DNA of 64,000 bases, taken from the NCBI GenBank assembly GCA_963933835.1, contig CAWVVV010000001.1, forward strand, positions 160,001 to 224,000. Direction: 5' to 3'. Shown piece after piece: positions 10,568 through 20,547 of this stretch (its first letter is position 1; every line of letters begins with the position of its first letter). The DNA is from an uncultured Puniceicoccaceae bacterium. Its GTDB lineage: Bacteria; Verrucomicrobiota; Verrucomicrobiia; Opitutales; Oceanipulchritudinaceae. The notes beneath the pieces were generated by a model. The model was not told the DNA's origin. It did not search any database and was given only the letters and a program-made list of their open reading frames with translations. A program made the translations under genes and the position numbers.

Positions 10568-10701
10568 GAGGAAGAAATCCTGAATCTGTATTGCTGTGGT
10601 CACTACGCATCTGAGGCCTTTGGCATCAACACCCTCGCTGAAGAAGTTGCTAAAGATTCGACCAAGCCCGGGAATCCATCGCAACGAATTGCCCACTTTA
10701 G
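10568..10701 (+). pseudogene. Diverged duplicate of the nif3 3' end
   Basis: EEEILNLYCCGHYASEAFG...ATNCPL* versus EEGLNLYCCGHYATETFG...ATDCPL* at about 9251-9383. Confidence 0.85.
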
Positions 10702-10743
10702 ACGCCTTGCCATTCGCCAAGAATTCATCCAAACACACTCCTA

Positions 10744-11175
10744 ATGAAAACGATCGGCATCCTCAATGGACCTAACTTGAACCGACTTGGAACACGCGAG
10801 CCGGATGTCTACGGGTCTGCAACGCTCGCGGATCTCGAAGTGCTCCTACGCGAAGATGCAAGTGGCTTGGGCGTTAAACTGGAATTCTTTCAGAGTAATC
10901 ATGAAGGAGCGCTTGTTGATCAACTTCACACCTGGGCAGATGCTAAAATCGACGGCGTCATCCTCAACCTTGCTGCTTACACCCACACCAGTGTTGCCCT
11001 GCGTGATGCCCTTTCAGCAACCGATCTCGCAGCTATCGAGGTGCATATTTCGCATGTTTATCAGCGCGAAGAATTCCGCCATAAGTCACTGACGGCGCCC
11101 GTCTGCCTCGGTCTGATTACAGGGCTAGGTTTCGAAGGCTACCGCTCAGCTCTGCGCTTCCTCGCAGGACGCTAG
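10744..11175 (+). CDS. aroQ: Type II 3-dehydroquinate dehydratase
   Basis: LNGPNLNRLG.REP..YG, QSNHEG, THTS, EVHIS, REEFRH.S. Confidence 0.96.
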   Translation: MKTIGILNGPNLNRLGTREPDVYGSATLADLEVLLREDASGLGVKLEFFQSNHEGALVDQLHTWADAKIDGVILNLAAYTHTSVALRDALSATDLAAIEVHISHVYQREEFRHKSLTAPVCLGLITGLGFEGYRSALRFLAGR

Positions 11176-11336
11176 AGCGCACCGAGGAACTCCCATCAAG
11201 AGCGCTACTTTTGGGATTGAGTATCGACCTAGATTCATAGCTTCAGGGTCCGTAGCCGTCATTTAATTCTACCCCCTGAACGATGCAAAAAATAGTCCGC
11301 TCCCCATTTCAGTCCTCAGTAAAGAAAACTGTCAAA

Positions 11337-11421
11337 GGTAGGGATCGGCTGTCTCAGCCGTCCGCTCTGAGCGCCTAGTAGACCCCACCCCCACCGTCCC
11401 CTGGGGACAGGCGACCCTACC
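11337..11421. repeat. REP doublet (REPIN-like)
   Basis: GGTAGGGATCGGCTGTCTCAGCCGTCC and inverted GGTAGGGTCGCCTGTCCCCAGGGGACGG; GTAG followed by an imperfect palindrome. Confidence 0.6.
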
Positions 11422-11584
11422 AAAAACAGGTCAACAGTTGGAGGGACTTTTCTTGATCTCACCCCATCGTCCCCATCAAAGGATTCGTCTTTATTCGTGC
11501 GATTAGTGGACATCCTCATAGCATAAGACCCACAGAACGACTTCGACCCTTGATCTGCGCCACACACATTTCATCTTTCAACTT

Positions 11585-12265
11585 GTGCCCACCGAGACGC
11601 GTGAAGTTAGACCTTTTCCTGCCAAGCCCGGCCATGTCCTCAGCCCACAAGGCGAGATCCTAGCGATCCCCGAAGGCTGGGCATTGCTCGCACCCGGCGA
11701 TGCTGCCCTCAGTCGGCGCCTTAAAGCCAATGGCCCGACATGGACAGTGAAGCAGGCCAAAGGTCGCCGCGTCATCTCGCTCGGGATCTGGGCGCCCGCT
11801 GATCGCATTGAGGCGCTTCGCCAAGCACGCGAGTCAGAGAAGACGGATCCCAGCTATCAGAAGCAACTCGCTGCCGGCCGAGCCCGCCGCGCCAAGCAAG
11901 AAGAAGCCTACGGCGAAGACTTTAAAAATGCCGTCCTCAGCTACCTTAGTTTTCACGAAAATCACCGTGAGCTAGCGGGAAAGATGACCGAGCGTATCGT
12001 TGCCCACGCCATCCCTGTCGGCAGCGGCACGGTCGCTCGCACCAAACGCATACCGATCGAACAACGCGCCGAAGCCGCTACCATCGCTTGGATGCGTCAC
12101 CAAACAACCGCCTACGACACGATGCACATCCCCCGCATCAAAGGCCAACGTCGCGAAGTCCGCAGGAAACTCGCCCAATACTCGAAGCAACTTATTGAGT
12201 GTTACCGCCGTGGAGAGGCAACTGAGATGAATAACTGCCCTCTCCAAGCCAGCCTTATTACATAA
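11585..12265 (+). CDS. DUF2293 family protein
   Basis: PGDAALSRR, GIWAP, PVGSGTVART, AWMRHQTTAYD. Confidence 0.75.
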   Translation: MPTETREVRPFPAKPGHVLSPQGEILAIPEGWALLAPGDAALSRRLKANGPTWTVKQAKGRRVISLGIWAPADRIEALRQARESEKTDPSYQKQLAAGRARRAKQEEAYGEDFKNAVLSYLSFHENHRELAGKMTERIVAHAIPVGSGTVARTKRIPIEQRAEAATIAWMRHQTTAYDTMHIPRIKGQRREVRRKLAQYSKQLIECYRRGEATEMNNCPLQASLIT

Positions 12266-12350
12266 CACCCAACACTTACAAGCCGCTGACTCAATTTATC
12301 AGATCCGGCAGCTTAGGGTCAGTTTGTCTCCAAAGTCAGACTACAGTCAC

Positions 12351-13220
12351 TCAACCCACCAGCCCCTGCGCAAAGAGTGCACGCACCCGCGCTAGATCCG
12401 TCGCACTTGTCTTCGCGAGGAAACCACTTTTGTGAGCGAAGTGAACGTCGTCTTCAGCATCGATGCGGGTAAAATCGAGGCGGGCATCATCGTTGTGTCG
12501 GGATAGGCCATAACCTTCGCCGCGACGATCGGGCACAATTGTGCCGATGACAGGCGGGCCATCCGTGAGTTGTTGGATGTAGCGCCCGAGGCCCATGCCA
12601 GCGTCATCAGACATCGATTCTTTGCGCTCGAGAAAGAGGACGCGAAGGACTTCGCCAGCGTGCTCAAACTCCCACCATTGTGCCTCTTTTTCGATTGCTA
12701 GCATGCGCGAATGCATCGACTCGATGTATTCGAGCAGATCGGCACCGATCCAGCGCATGGTTTCCCAGAGAGTTTCACCGGGTTCAAGGCGCGTGGATTT
12801 GGCGAAGCGCCGCAGGAAGGTAACATCAATGGGTGAAAGGAGTTGGCCAAGGAGGTCGCGCTCAAAGCCAAATTGCCGCGCTGTTCCAATCGCTCCACGA
12901 CAATCGAGCCATTCGGCCATTTCGAGCCAGTCGCAAAAGGCACGCGCATCCTCGTAAAGGTCGAGTGACTGCAAAATAAGGGACAGTGCACAGGTCGGCA
13001 CATGATCGCGCGGAAACTGATGATGGTCGTAGTTGTTACGCTCAGGAGCGTGTTCGCCACCGACGTCGATCACTGCGATGGAGGCGTCCGCCACCTCTGC
13101 GTCGGTCGGATCGCGGCGCTCAATCGCTACTGGATTGCGGGCAAGAAAAACAGCGCAGGCGAGAAAGTCATCTTTGTGGGCTCCACCCGGGTGCGTTACG
13201 ATCAGTTCGATGTTGGACAT
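12351..13220 (-). CDS. MYG1 family protein (DHH-like)
   Basis: THPGGAHKDD, IDVGG, YDHHQ, FAHKSGFLA. Confidence 0.85.
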   Translation of the reverse strand: MSNIELIVTHPGGAHKDDFLACAVFLARNPVAIERRDPTDAEVADASIAVIDVGGEHAPERNNYDHHQFPRDHVPTCALSLILQSLDLYEDARAFCDWLEMAEWLDCRGAIGTARQFGFERDLLGQLLSPIDVTFLRRFAKSTRLEPGETLWETMRWIGADLLEYIESMHSRMLAIEKEAQWWEFEHAGEVLRVLFLERKESMSDDAGMGLGRYIQQLTDGPPVIGTIVPDRRGEGYGLSRHNDDARLDFTRIDAEDDVHFAHKSGFLAKTSATDLARVRALFAQGLVG

Positions 13221-13579
13221 GAGGAGCCGACGGTGGGGTCTGAGAAAATCGGCGCAATCCGAGAATACGCCAACCGCACCTCCCTCCCAAAAGAGAGCGA
13301 TCAAATGAAGGCGTATTTTCCAAGTCTCCGATCAAGAGAGGAGCCTCCCATAGGCTGCGACGGATTTCTTCAGAAACACCCATCGTTCAATGGCATCGAA
13401 CCCTGGCTCATCATGTACCCATTGAGAGTCAGGGTCAGCATGTTCAGAAAGGATACGGGCGCATTCAGTCACAGTCTCGTAGATTTAACGAAAAAACAAA
13501 ATCCCAACTGCAAGGATGAGGACTGGTCGATTTTCCACAATACTGGATCGCTCGATGCGATGCTACAAGCAGAGGAAAG

Positions 13580-13653
13580 TGGTGCGGGCGGCGGGAGTCG
13601 AACCCGCCTCTCAAGCTTGGGAAGCTCACATACTACCGATGTACTACGCCCGC
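13580..13653 (-). tRNA. tRNA-Gly(CCC)
   Basis: GCGGGCG acceptor stem, TTCCCAA anticodon loop, GTTCGA T-loop, encoded CCA. Confidence 0.95.
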
Positions 13654-13686
13654 AGAGGTTTGAGAGGTGGCAGCCTTCTCAAAAAA

Positions 13687-13771
13687 TGGTACCCGGGGCG
13701 GGGGTTGAACCCGCACTCCCGAAGGAATCGGATTTTGAATCCGACGCGTCTGCCAATTCCGCCACCCGGGC
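13687..13771 (-). tRNA. tRNA-Leu(CAA)
   Basis: GCCCGGG acceptor stem, TTCAAAA anticodon loop, long variable arm, encoded CCA. Confidence 0.95.
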
Positions 13772-13842
13772 ATCCAGAAGGGTTGAGAGTTGTGTATCTT
13801 TTATGCCTTGAGGCAAGGGAAAGTTGCACTAGGCAAATAGAC

Positions 13843-13877
13843 AAAAAAGCCACAACCGCTCGATGCGATTGTGGCTT
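13843..13877 (-). terminator. Intrinsic terminator downstream of the YceI gene
   Basis: AAGCCACAA/TTGTGGCTT stem plus T6 on the minus strand. Confidence 0.75.
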
Positions 13878-13906
13878 GGTAGAAATTTTCAAGGAAGCTT
13901 CTTACT

Positions 13907-14533
13907 TTAACGCGGTGAAGCTCCGGCAATGGATAGCTTGAGCTCAATATTTTCTGAAACCTTGTCGGTGTTTTGACCGGGCTTGATGCCAAACTCACTG
14001 CGATCGATTGAGAAGGTTGCGCGGATGACGAGGAGGTCACCCTCAACATCACGTAAACGTTCAGACAGGCGACCTGGGAGGTAAGTGAGCTTAATCGGGA
14101 CGGTGATGTCTTTGGATACACCCTTGAGGGTAAAAGTGCCCATCGCGTGAGCCTCATAGGTCATCCCACTCTTCTCTACCTGAGAGATCTCTTTTAGCTC
14201 GAAAGTGATTGCACCATGGTTGGCGGTATCGAGCCAACCATCACCGTGCATGTGCTCTTGCATCTTGTTATTCGTCACGGTGAGTGACGCCGCATCAACC
14301 ACGATCGTGCCCTTGGTCGCTTCCGGATGCATGGGATCAAACGAGACTGTGCCCGAAATACCGCTAGCACTCCCGCTGATCGACTCGAGGGGAGCATCGA
14401 GGGTAAAGGTGACGTTGTTTACACCTTTAGGGTCTTTAAAATCAAAGGAAGCAGCACCGCTGGCATGGTGGTCGGCAGGAAGCGAGGCTACGAGAGCCAG
14501 CGCTGAGAGGAGAATTGTCGCAGTCTTAATCAT
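13907..14533 (-). CDS. YceI family periplasmic protein
   Basis: Signal peptide; ESISG, G.FTLKGVSK.I, F.IDRSEFGI. Confidence 0.88.
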   Translation of the reverse strand: MIKTATILLSALALVASLPADHHASGAASFDFKDPKGVNNVTFTLDAPLESISGSASGISGTVSFDPMHPEATKGTIVVDAASLTVTNNKMQEHMHGDGWLDTANHGAITFELKEISQVEKSGMTYEAHAMGTFTLKGVSKDITVPIKLTYLPGRLSERLRDVEGDLLVIRATFSIDRSEFGIKPGQNTDKVSENIELKLSIAGASPR

Positions 14534-14575
14534 TTGAATCAGATTTTGAGTTAGAAGAGAAACAAGCGTAAGTAA

Positions 14576-14833
14576 TCAGGAGCCCTTGCGCCTGAAGAAT
14601 ATTCCGAGCGTGAACAAGACGACACCCAAAAGACATCCAGCCGCGAGCACTTCGAGGCCTGCGATGTAGGTCTCTTCATAGCTGATGCCTTCAATTCCCA
14701 AAATGGGGTCAACGGTTCGCACTTCGATGCGGTCCTTCGTCCAGCCCATGTTGAAATCGCCCGCTGCCCAAAGAGCAAACGTCGCCATCGCTGTCAGCAC
14801 TCCAGCGATTCGGAAGATAGGAGAAAGACTCAT
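14576..14833 (-). CDS. Small two-TM hypothetical membrane protein
   Basis: Two hydrophobic segments flanking GWTK...DPILGIE; basic C-terminus. Confidence 0.6.
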   Translation of the reverse strand: MSLSPIFRIAGVLTAMATFALWAAGDFNMGWTKDRIEVRTVDPILGIEGISYEETYIAGLEVLAAGCLLGVVLFTLGIFFRRKGS

Positions 14834-14925
14834 CAAGCAACATTCAGTGAGCGATTTGCCACAAAAGCGAACCCTCAAGGTTGTTTTATCCTGATAAGCT
14901 TACCAGGTGTTCTGATCGATAGCGA

Positions 14926-16173
14926 TTAATCCAACTCCGTCGGACGGACGACATCGGCCCCACCCTGACGGATCGCGCGATTGCGCAGACGCAAAGCCTG
15001 GAGGCGGATAAAGCCAGAGGCATCGTCAGGATTGTAATCACTCTTTACGCCTTCCATCGATGCGATGTTTTCGTCGTAAAGCGACAGGTCGGAACTGCGA
15101 CCCACGGTCGTCATATTCCCCTTGTAAAGCTTGAGACGAACGTCGCCGGTGACGGGCTCAGAGGCCTTGTCGAAGAAGGCTTGGAGTGCTTCACGCTCGG
15201 GAGCATACCAGAAGCCGTTGTAAACGAGCTCAGCGTATTTAGGAATGAGGCTATCGCGCAAGTGGGCGAGATCGCGATCCATCGTGAGGGACTCCATTTG
15301 CTTACGCGCATGGAGCAGGATGGTGCCCGCAGGGGTCTCGTAGACACCACGTGACTTCATCCCGACAAAGCGATTCTCGACGAGGTCGATGCGGCCAATG
15401 CCGTGTTTGCCAGCGAGCTTGTTGAGCGAACGCATGATGGCGGCTGGGCGCTGGGCTTCGCCATTGATCGCGGTGCAGTCGCCTTTTTCAAAACTGAGAG
15501 TGACGTATTCAGATTCATCCGGCGCGTCCTCAGGATCGACCGTGAGTTTATACATCTCCTTGTTGTCTGGAGTTGTCGGATCAAACCAAGGGTCCTCAAG
15601 GATACCCGCTTCGTAGCTGATATGGAGGAGATTGCGGTCCATCGAATACGGCTTTTTAGCCGAGGCTTCGACATCGATCTTCTGCTCATCGCAATAGGCG
15701 ATCATCTCCGTGCGCCCCGGGAACATTTCGCGAAAAACCGGCATGCGCCATGGCGAGATGATTTCGAGTTTAGGGGCGAGGGCTCCGTAAGTGAGTTCGA
15801 AACGCACTTGGTCGTTCCCCTTCCCTGTCGCGCCGTGGGAAACGGCGTCCGCGCCTTCCTTCTCAGCAATGGCGATGTGGGCCTTAGCGATGAGAGGACG
15901 CGCGATCGATGTGCCAAGGAGGTATTGACCCTCGTAGATCGCATTCGCGCGGAGCATCGGATAGATGAAGTCTTCGGCAAACTCATCGACGAGATCGAGG
16001 GTGTAGTGCTTGGAAGCACCCGTTGCCGCAGATTTCTCGGCGAGCCCATCGAGTTCTTCTTCCTGACCAACATCCGCGGCGAAGGTAATGATCTCAGCAT
16101 TGTAGTGGTTCTTCAACCAGCTGACGAGAACGGTGGTGTCGAGACCACCCGAGTAAGCGAGGACAATTTTCAT
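14926..16173 (-). CDS. argG: Argininosuccinate synthase
   Basis: [31 protein letters not shown]. Confidence 0.97.
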   Translation of the reverse strand: MKIVLAYSGGLDTTVLVSWLKNHYNAEIITFAADVGQEEELDGLAEKSAATGASKHYTLDLVDEFAEDFIYPMLRANAIYEGQYLLGTSIARPLIAKAHIAIAEKEGADAVSHGATGKGNDQVRFELTYGALAPKLEIISPWRMPVFREMFPGRTEMIAYCDEQKIDVEASAKKPYSMDRNLLHISYEAGILEDPWFDPTTPDNKEMYKLTVDPEDAPDESEYVTLSFEKGDCTAINGEAQRPAAIMRSLNKLAGKHGIGRIDLVENRFVGMKSRGVYETPAGTILLHARKQMESLTMDRDLAHLRDSLIPKYAELVYNGFWYAPEREALQAFFDKASEPVTGDVRLKLYKGNMTTVGRSSDLSLYDENIASMEGVKSDYNPDDASGFIRLQALRLRNRAIRQGGADVVRPTELD

Positions 16174-16197
16174 AGGGAAAGAATTAGAGAGAGCAGC

Positions 16198-17145
16198 TTA
16201 TTGAGTTAACTTTGCGACAATAGCCTTCTGGACGTGAAGCCGATTCTCCGCTTCATCGAAAATAATTGAGCGCGGATCATCGAGCACGGCTTGCGAGACC
16301 TCCTCCCCAGCATGCGCTGGTAGGCAATGCAGGAAGAGCGCATCCGACTTAGCCGCATTGAGAAGATCGAGGGTGACCTGATAAGGTTCCATCGTTTTGA
16401 GGCGAACTTCCTTCTCGGACTCATCACCCATACTCACCCAAACATCGGTGTAGAGCGCGTCTGCACCTTTCACAGCCTCAGCTGGGTCGGTTGTAAACCG
16501 GTAGGTCTTCGGCAAGCCCGCAGCTTCGAGGAGCGGATCGATTTTCTCAGACTCAGGAGCAAACTCAGCGGGTCCACATAGAACGATTTCCATCCCGAAA
16601 TGCGCCCCACCTAAAATCCATGAGTTCGCCATATTCGAAGCGCAGTCGCCAAAGAAGACGAGCCGCCGCCCTTTGAGCGAAGCGAAGTAATCCTCGCCCT
16701 TATCCGCCCACCGCTCCGCCACAGTAAAGGCGTCGGTGTAGATCTGACACGGGTGCAAAAGATCCGTCAGCCCGTTTACAACTGGAACCGTGGCATTCTG
16801 AGCGAGCTCTTCGACACTGGCATGGCTAAAGGTCCGGATGACGATACCGTGAACAAACCGCGAAAGCACTTGAGCAGTATCCGCAACCGTCTCACCACGG
16901 CCCATCTGGCTACCTTGCTGATCAAGGTAGAGCGGGTGTGCTCCCATTTCATGGAGCCCGACCTCGAAGCTCACGCGTGTCCGTGTACTCGGCTTATGGA
17001 AAATCATCGCCCAAGACTGTCCGGCGAGGATATCACGGCCAACAGTGGCCCGTTCAGCCTTCAGCTGGGCAGCGTGAGTGAAGACCTCCGATACTTCGGA
17101 GGTCGTAAAATCGGTCGATTTGAGAAAATCGCGCTTCATAGTCAT
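16198..17145 (-). CDS. argF: Ornithine carbamoyltransferase
   Basis: STRTR, HPCQ, WVSMG, HCLP. Confidence 0.96.
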   Translation of the reverse strand: MTMKRDFLKSTDFTTSEVSEVFTHAAQLKAERATVGRDILAGQSWAMIFHKPSTRTRVSFEVGLHEMGAHPLYLDQQGSQMGRGETVADTAQVLSRFVHGIVIRTFSHASVEELAQNATVPVVNGLTDLLHPCQIYTDAFTVAERWADKGEDYFASLKGRRLVFFGDCASNMANSWILGGAHFGMEIVLCGPAEFAPESEKIDPLLEAAGLPKTYRFTTDPAEAVKGADALYTDVWVSMGDESEKEVRLKTMEPYQVTLDLLNAAKSDALFLHCLPAHAGEEVSQAVLDDPRSIIFDEAENRLHVQKAIVAKLTQ

Positions 17146-18389
17146 ACTCCTTCGGGTAAAGCATTCATGCCGAGAACAAGGTCGATGATACCAACAGCGG
17201 CTTCAAGCTCAGCAGGGGAAACATTTAAAGGCGGCATGAGCCGGATCGCATCCGTTCCGCCGCGTACGGTTAATAAGCCACTCTCACGAAAGAGTCCCAT
17301 CCAATGCGACGGATCACCCTTCACGACGAGTGCAACGTGATAGCCCCGACCCCGTAGACCGGAAAGCTTATCAGAATGCCTTGAAACGAGTTCTTCCAAA
17401 GCAGCGTGCCATGGCGCCGACTGAGCCTGCACCTTATTCAGCAAGCCCTCGTCGTCGATAACCTCGAGCGTGGCAAGCGCTGCTGCACAAGCCAACGGCG
17501 TCCCGCCAAAAGTCGTCCCATGGCTTCCGGGCGTAAAGAGCTTCGCAGCAAAGTCGGAAAGCCAGACTGCTCCGATTGGAAAGCCGCCTCCGAGGCCTTT
17601 CGCCATCCCAATCGCATCAGGCTGAATACCTGATGATTCATAGGCGTAGAAATCACCTGTCCGGCCAATGCCACACTGCACTTCATCAATAAGGAGAAGA
17701 ACCTCCCGCTCATCGCAAAGCTTCCGGAGCCCTTGGAGAAATTCGGTTGTAGCGACATTGATACCGCCTTCGCCCTGAATCGTCTCGAGCATGACAGCAG
17801 CGGTCTCTTCATCGATCGCAGCTTCAAAGGAGGCAAGGTCGTTGAACTTCGCATGGACGAACCCAGGAACAAGTGGAGCAAAACCCTTTTGGACTTTCGC
17901 CTGTGGCGTTGCGCTCATGCCACCAAAAGTCCGGCCGTGAAAAGCGTTCTCTGCTGTCACTACTTTGTAGATCTTGCCCTCTTCTCCCCCAGCCTTCTCG
18001 ACGCCATAGAGCCGAGCGAGCTTAAGCATCGTTTCATTTGCTTCAGCTCCGCTGTTGCAGAAAAAGAGCTTACCCGAGCCTCCAGTCTTGGCGCAGAGCG
18101 CTTCAGCAAGAGCAGCCTGTTGAGGGATGTGGTAGAGATTACTCACATGCACGAGTTCCGCTGCTTGTTTTTGAACGGCATGGACCCATTTCGGGTGACC
18201 GTGGCCAAGCGCGTTGACGGCAATACCACTACAGAAATCAAGATAGCGGCGCCCCTCAGCATCCCACAGTTTCGTTCCCTCACCACGCACCAGCGTAAAG
18301 GGAGCATTACCGTAGTTGGAAAGCACATACGACGCATAGGCCGCTTGTGTTTTCTCCGAGGTGATTTTGCTCGCTGTGATTGATTTCAT
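17142..18389 (-). CDS. argD: Acetylornithine aminotransferase
   Basis: NSGAEANE, FHGRT, DEVQCG, AKGLGGG; arg operon context. Confidence 0.94.
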   Translation of the reverse strand: MKSITASKITSEKTQAAYASYVLSNYGNAPFTLVRGEGTKLWDAEGRRYLDFCSGIAVNALGHGHPKWVHAVQKQAAELVHVSNLYHIPQQAALAEALCAKTGGSGKLFFCNSGAEANETMLKLARLYGVEKAGGEEGKIYKVVTAENAFHGRTFGGMSATPQAKVQKGFAPLVPGFVHAKFNDLASFEAAIDEETAAVMLETIQGEGGINVATTEFLQGLRKLCDEREVLLLIDEVQCGIGRTGDFYAYESSGIQPDAIGMAKGLGGGFPIGAVWLSDFAAKLFTPGSHGTTFGGTPLACAAALATLEVIDDEGLLNKVQAQSAPWHAALEELVSRHSDKLSGLRGRGYHVALVVKGDPSHWMGLFRESGLLTVRGGTDAIRLMPPLNVSPAELEAAVGIIDLVLGMNALPEGV

Positions 18390-18397
18390 TTTAACTC

Positions 18398-19300
18398 CTA
18401 TGCTTCGGAACTAGGATCATCCTGCACGATCTCTGTTCCAATGCCCTTATCAGTAAAGATTTCTAGAAGTAGGCTATGGGGCAATTTCCCATCAATAAAG
18501 TGTGTCCGGTGGACCCCGCCAAGGATCGCCCGCTGGGCGCTATCAACTTTCGGCATCATGCCGCTACCGATCACCCCAGAGTCTTTGAGTGACTGCACTT
18601 CACCCATCCGCAAGGTCGAGATAAGGGTGGCCGGATCGCTTGGGTCTTTCATCAGGCCTGGCACATCGCAGAGGTAAACAAGCCGCCGAGCGCTCAAAGC
18701 GATCGCGAGATGGGACGCCGCAACATCAGCATTTATATTATAAAAATGACCAGTGTCATCGATTCCCACCGGAGAGACGACAGGAAGTTTTCCAGCCTTC
18801 AAGAGCGTCTCAACTTCAGTCGTTGTAACAGAATTAATTTTACCAACGAAACCGAGATCGACGGGGTTACCCGCGCTATCGTGACACAGCTTTTCACAGG
18901 AGAAAACGCTCTGTCCAAAAACGCCAACACCTGCAGCTCCGATCGTTTCAAGTTTATCGACGATGCCTTGGTTAATCACTCCGTTGAGCGTTTTCTCAAC
19001 AAGACCGACCGTAGCCGCATCCGTCACCCGCATCCCATTACTGAAAACAGGTTCGATCGCAGCCTCCTCCATTGCCCGAGAGATGGCTTTGCCGCCGCCG
19101 TGAACGAGCACGACATGGATGCCCACGGTTGAAAGGAAAGCAACATCGATCGCGACCCGCTCAGTAGCGCCTGGCTCTTCAAGAAACGAACCACCGATTT
19201 TAACCACAAAGACAGAGCCCCCAAAGCGTTGAAAATACGGCAATGCTTCGAGCAACACCTCAGTCTTCGACTGTAAATCTATGTCATCGAGCCTACTCAT
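18398..19300 (-). CDS. argB: Acetylglutamate kinase
   Basis: VKIGG, VHGGG, GMRVTD, NINAD, GMMPK. Confidence 0.96.
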   Translation of the reverse strand: MSRLDDIDLQSKTEVLLEALPYFQRFGGSVFVVKIGGSFLEEPGATERVAIDVAFLSTVGIHVVLVHGGGKAISRAMEEAAIEPVFSNGMRVTDAATVGLVEKTLNGVINQGIVDKLETIGAAGVGVFGQSVFSCEKLCHDSAGNPVDLGFVGKINSVTTTEVETLLKAGKLPVVSPVGIDDTGHFYNINADVAASHLAIALSARRLVYLCDVPGLMKDPSDPATLISTLRMGEVQSLKDSGVIGSGMMPKVDSAQRAILGGVHRTHFIDGKLPHSLLLEIFTDKGIGTEIVQDDPSSEA

Positions 19301-20547
19301 TATTCAGACCGGTTAAAGTTAACGTAGCCGTCTGTCAGGTCACTGGCAAAAAGCCGTGCACTGCCCCGGCCAAGCCCCATGTCCATCTCAATGATAAATT
19401 CTTTTTCCCGAACGACCTTCTTCCACTTCAGCTCATTCTTGCTCACGGGAAGGCCTTTAGCGAAAACTGGAACCGCTTTCTCACTGTCACTCACCCGATA
19501 GGCCAAATTCAGTTTCGCTTCGACAAGGTCGACTCCCGCATAACCAGCCGCATCAAACAGCCGACCCCAATTCGGATCTTGTCCAAACCACGATGTTTTC
19601 ACGAGGAGAGAGTTGCCTATCGTCCGCGCAACCTTGTCCGCATCGGCAGCGCTCCGCGCTCCGCTTATCCTCAACTCGACGACCTTTGTGATTTTTTCAC
19701 CATCGCCCACAATAAGCCGAGCGAGAACTTCGCATACGTAGTTAAATCCTGCTACAAAGTCTGCTTTTTCTTTCGGGCCAATTTTTACACCCGAGGCACC
19801 GTTCGCCAGCGCAATGACCGCGTCATTGGTGCTCGTATCACCATCCACCGTGATCGAGTTAAACGATGGTCCAACGCCTTCTTGAACAAGCCGCTGAAGC
19901 GCCCGTGCCGGCACCTTGGCATCCGTCGTAATAAAAGCGAGCATCGTAGCCATATTTGGCTGAATCATACCCGCTCCCTTAGCGATACCTGAGATCGTGT
20001 AGGAGCCTTGGCTTGTTTTCACCTTAACGGTTACAACTTTCCGTTTCGTATCCGAAGTTAGAATACAATCGGCTGCGCCTAGACCAATGACTTTAGTCGA
20101 TCCCAGATGCTGCATCTCAGGTTTGAGCGCCTTCAGTATCCGTTTAATCGGCAAAGTCCTGCCAATCCGACCCGTCGACGCGACGAAGAAGCTGCCTTCC
20201 GGCGCTTCGGTAAGATACTCAGAAGTCTTCGCCATCGCCAGCGCATCCACCTCACCCTGAGGACCCGTGCATGCGTTCGCGTTTCCACTGTTAAAGACAA
20301 TGCCATGGAAAGCGTTTTGCGACTTCAAGCGCTCTTGGCAGAGCCGAACCGGCGCCGCGACAATCTTGTTTTGGGTAAAGACAGCACCCGCCGAGCAAGG
20401 CAAGGCAGAGTAAACCATCCCAAGATCAAGGCAATCAGAGCCAACACCTCGGATGTCACTAGCGATTGAACTGCACAAAAAGCCCTTCGCGTCCGTGAGG
20501 CCACCGGGCTGCATATGAACAGTAAAAGGTGTTTTTGCCTTAGCCAC
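19300..20547 (-). CDS. argJ: Ornithine acetyltransferase / N-acetylglutamate synthase
   Basis: KGAGMIQPNMATML, DGDTSTND, DPNWGR. Confidence 0.96.
   Translation of the reverse strand: MAKAKTPFTVHMQPGGLTDAKGFLCSSIASDIRGVGSDCLDLGMVYSALPCSAGAVFTQNKIVAAPVRLCQERLKSQNAFHGIVFNSGNANACTGPQGEVDALAMAKTSEYLTEAPEGSFFVASTGRIGRTLPIKRILKALKPEMQHLGSTKVIGLGAADCILTSDTKRKVVTVKVKTSQGSYTISGIAKGAGMIQPNMATMLAFITTDAKVPARALQRLVQEGVGPSFNSITVDGDTSTNDAVIALANGASGVKIGPKEKADFVAGFNYVCEVLARLIVGDGEKITKVVELRISGARSAADADKVARTIGNSLLVKTSWFGQDPNWGRLFDAAGYAGVDLVEAKLNLAYRVSDSEKAVPVFAKGLPVSKNELKWKKVVREKEFIIEMDMGLGRGSARLFASDLTDGYVNFNRSE

Noticed and set aside
13300..13570. Possible gene remnant downstream of tRNA-Gly
   Set aside because: Only short broken frames with no recognisable homology.
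13002..13811. 269-aa plus-strand ORF and similar long antisense ORFs (e.g. 15403-16209, 19243-19992, 42237-42926)
   Set aside because: They are shadows of well-supported genes or tRNAs on the opposite strand and contain no recognisable motifs.
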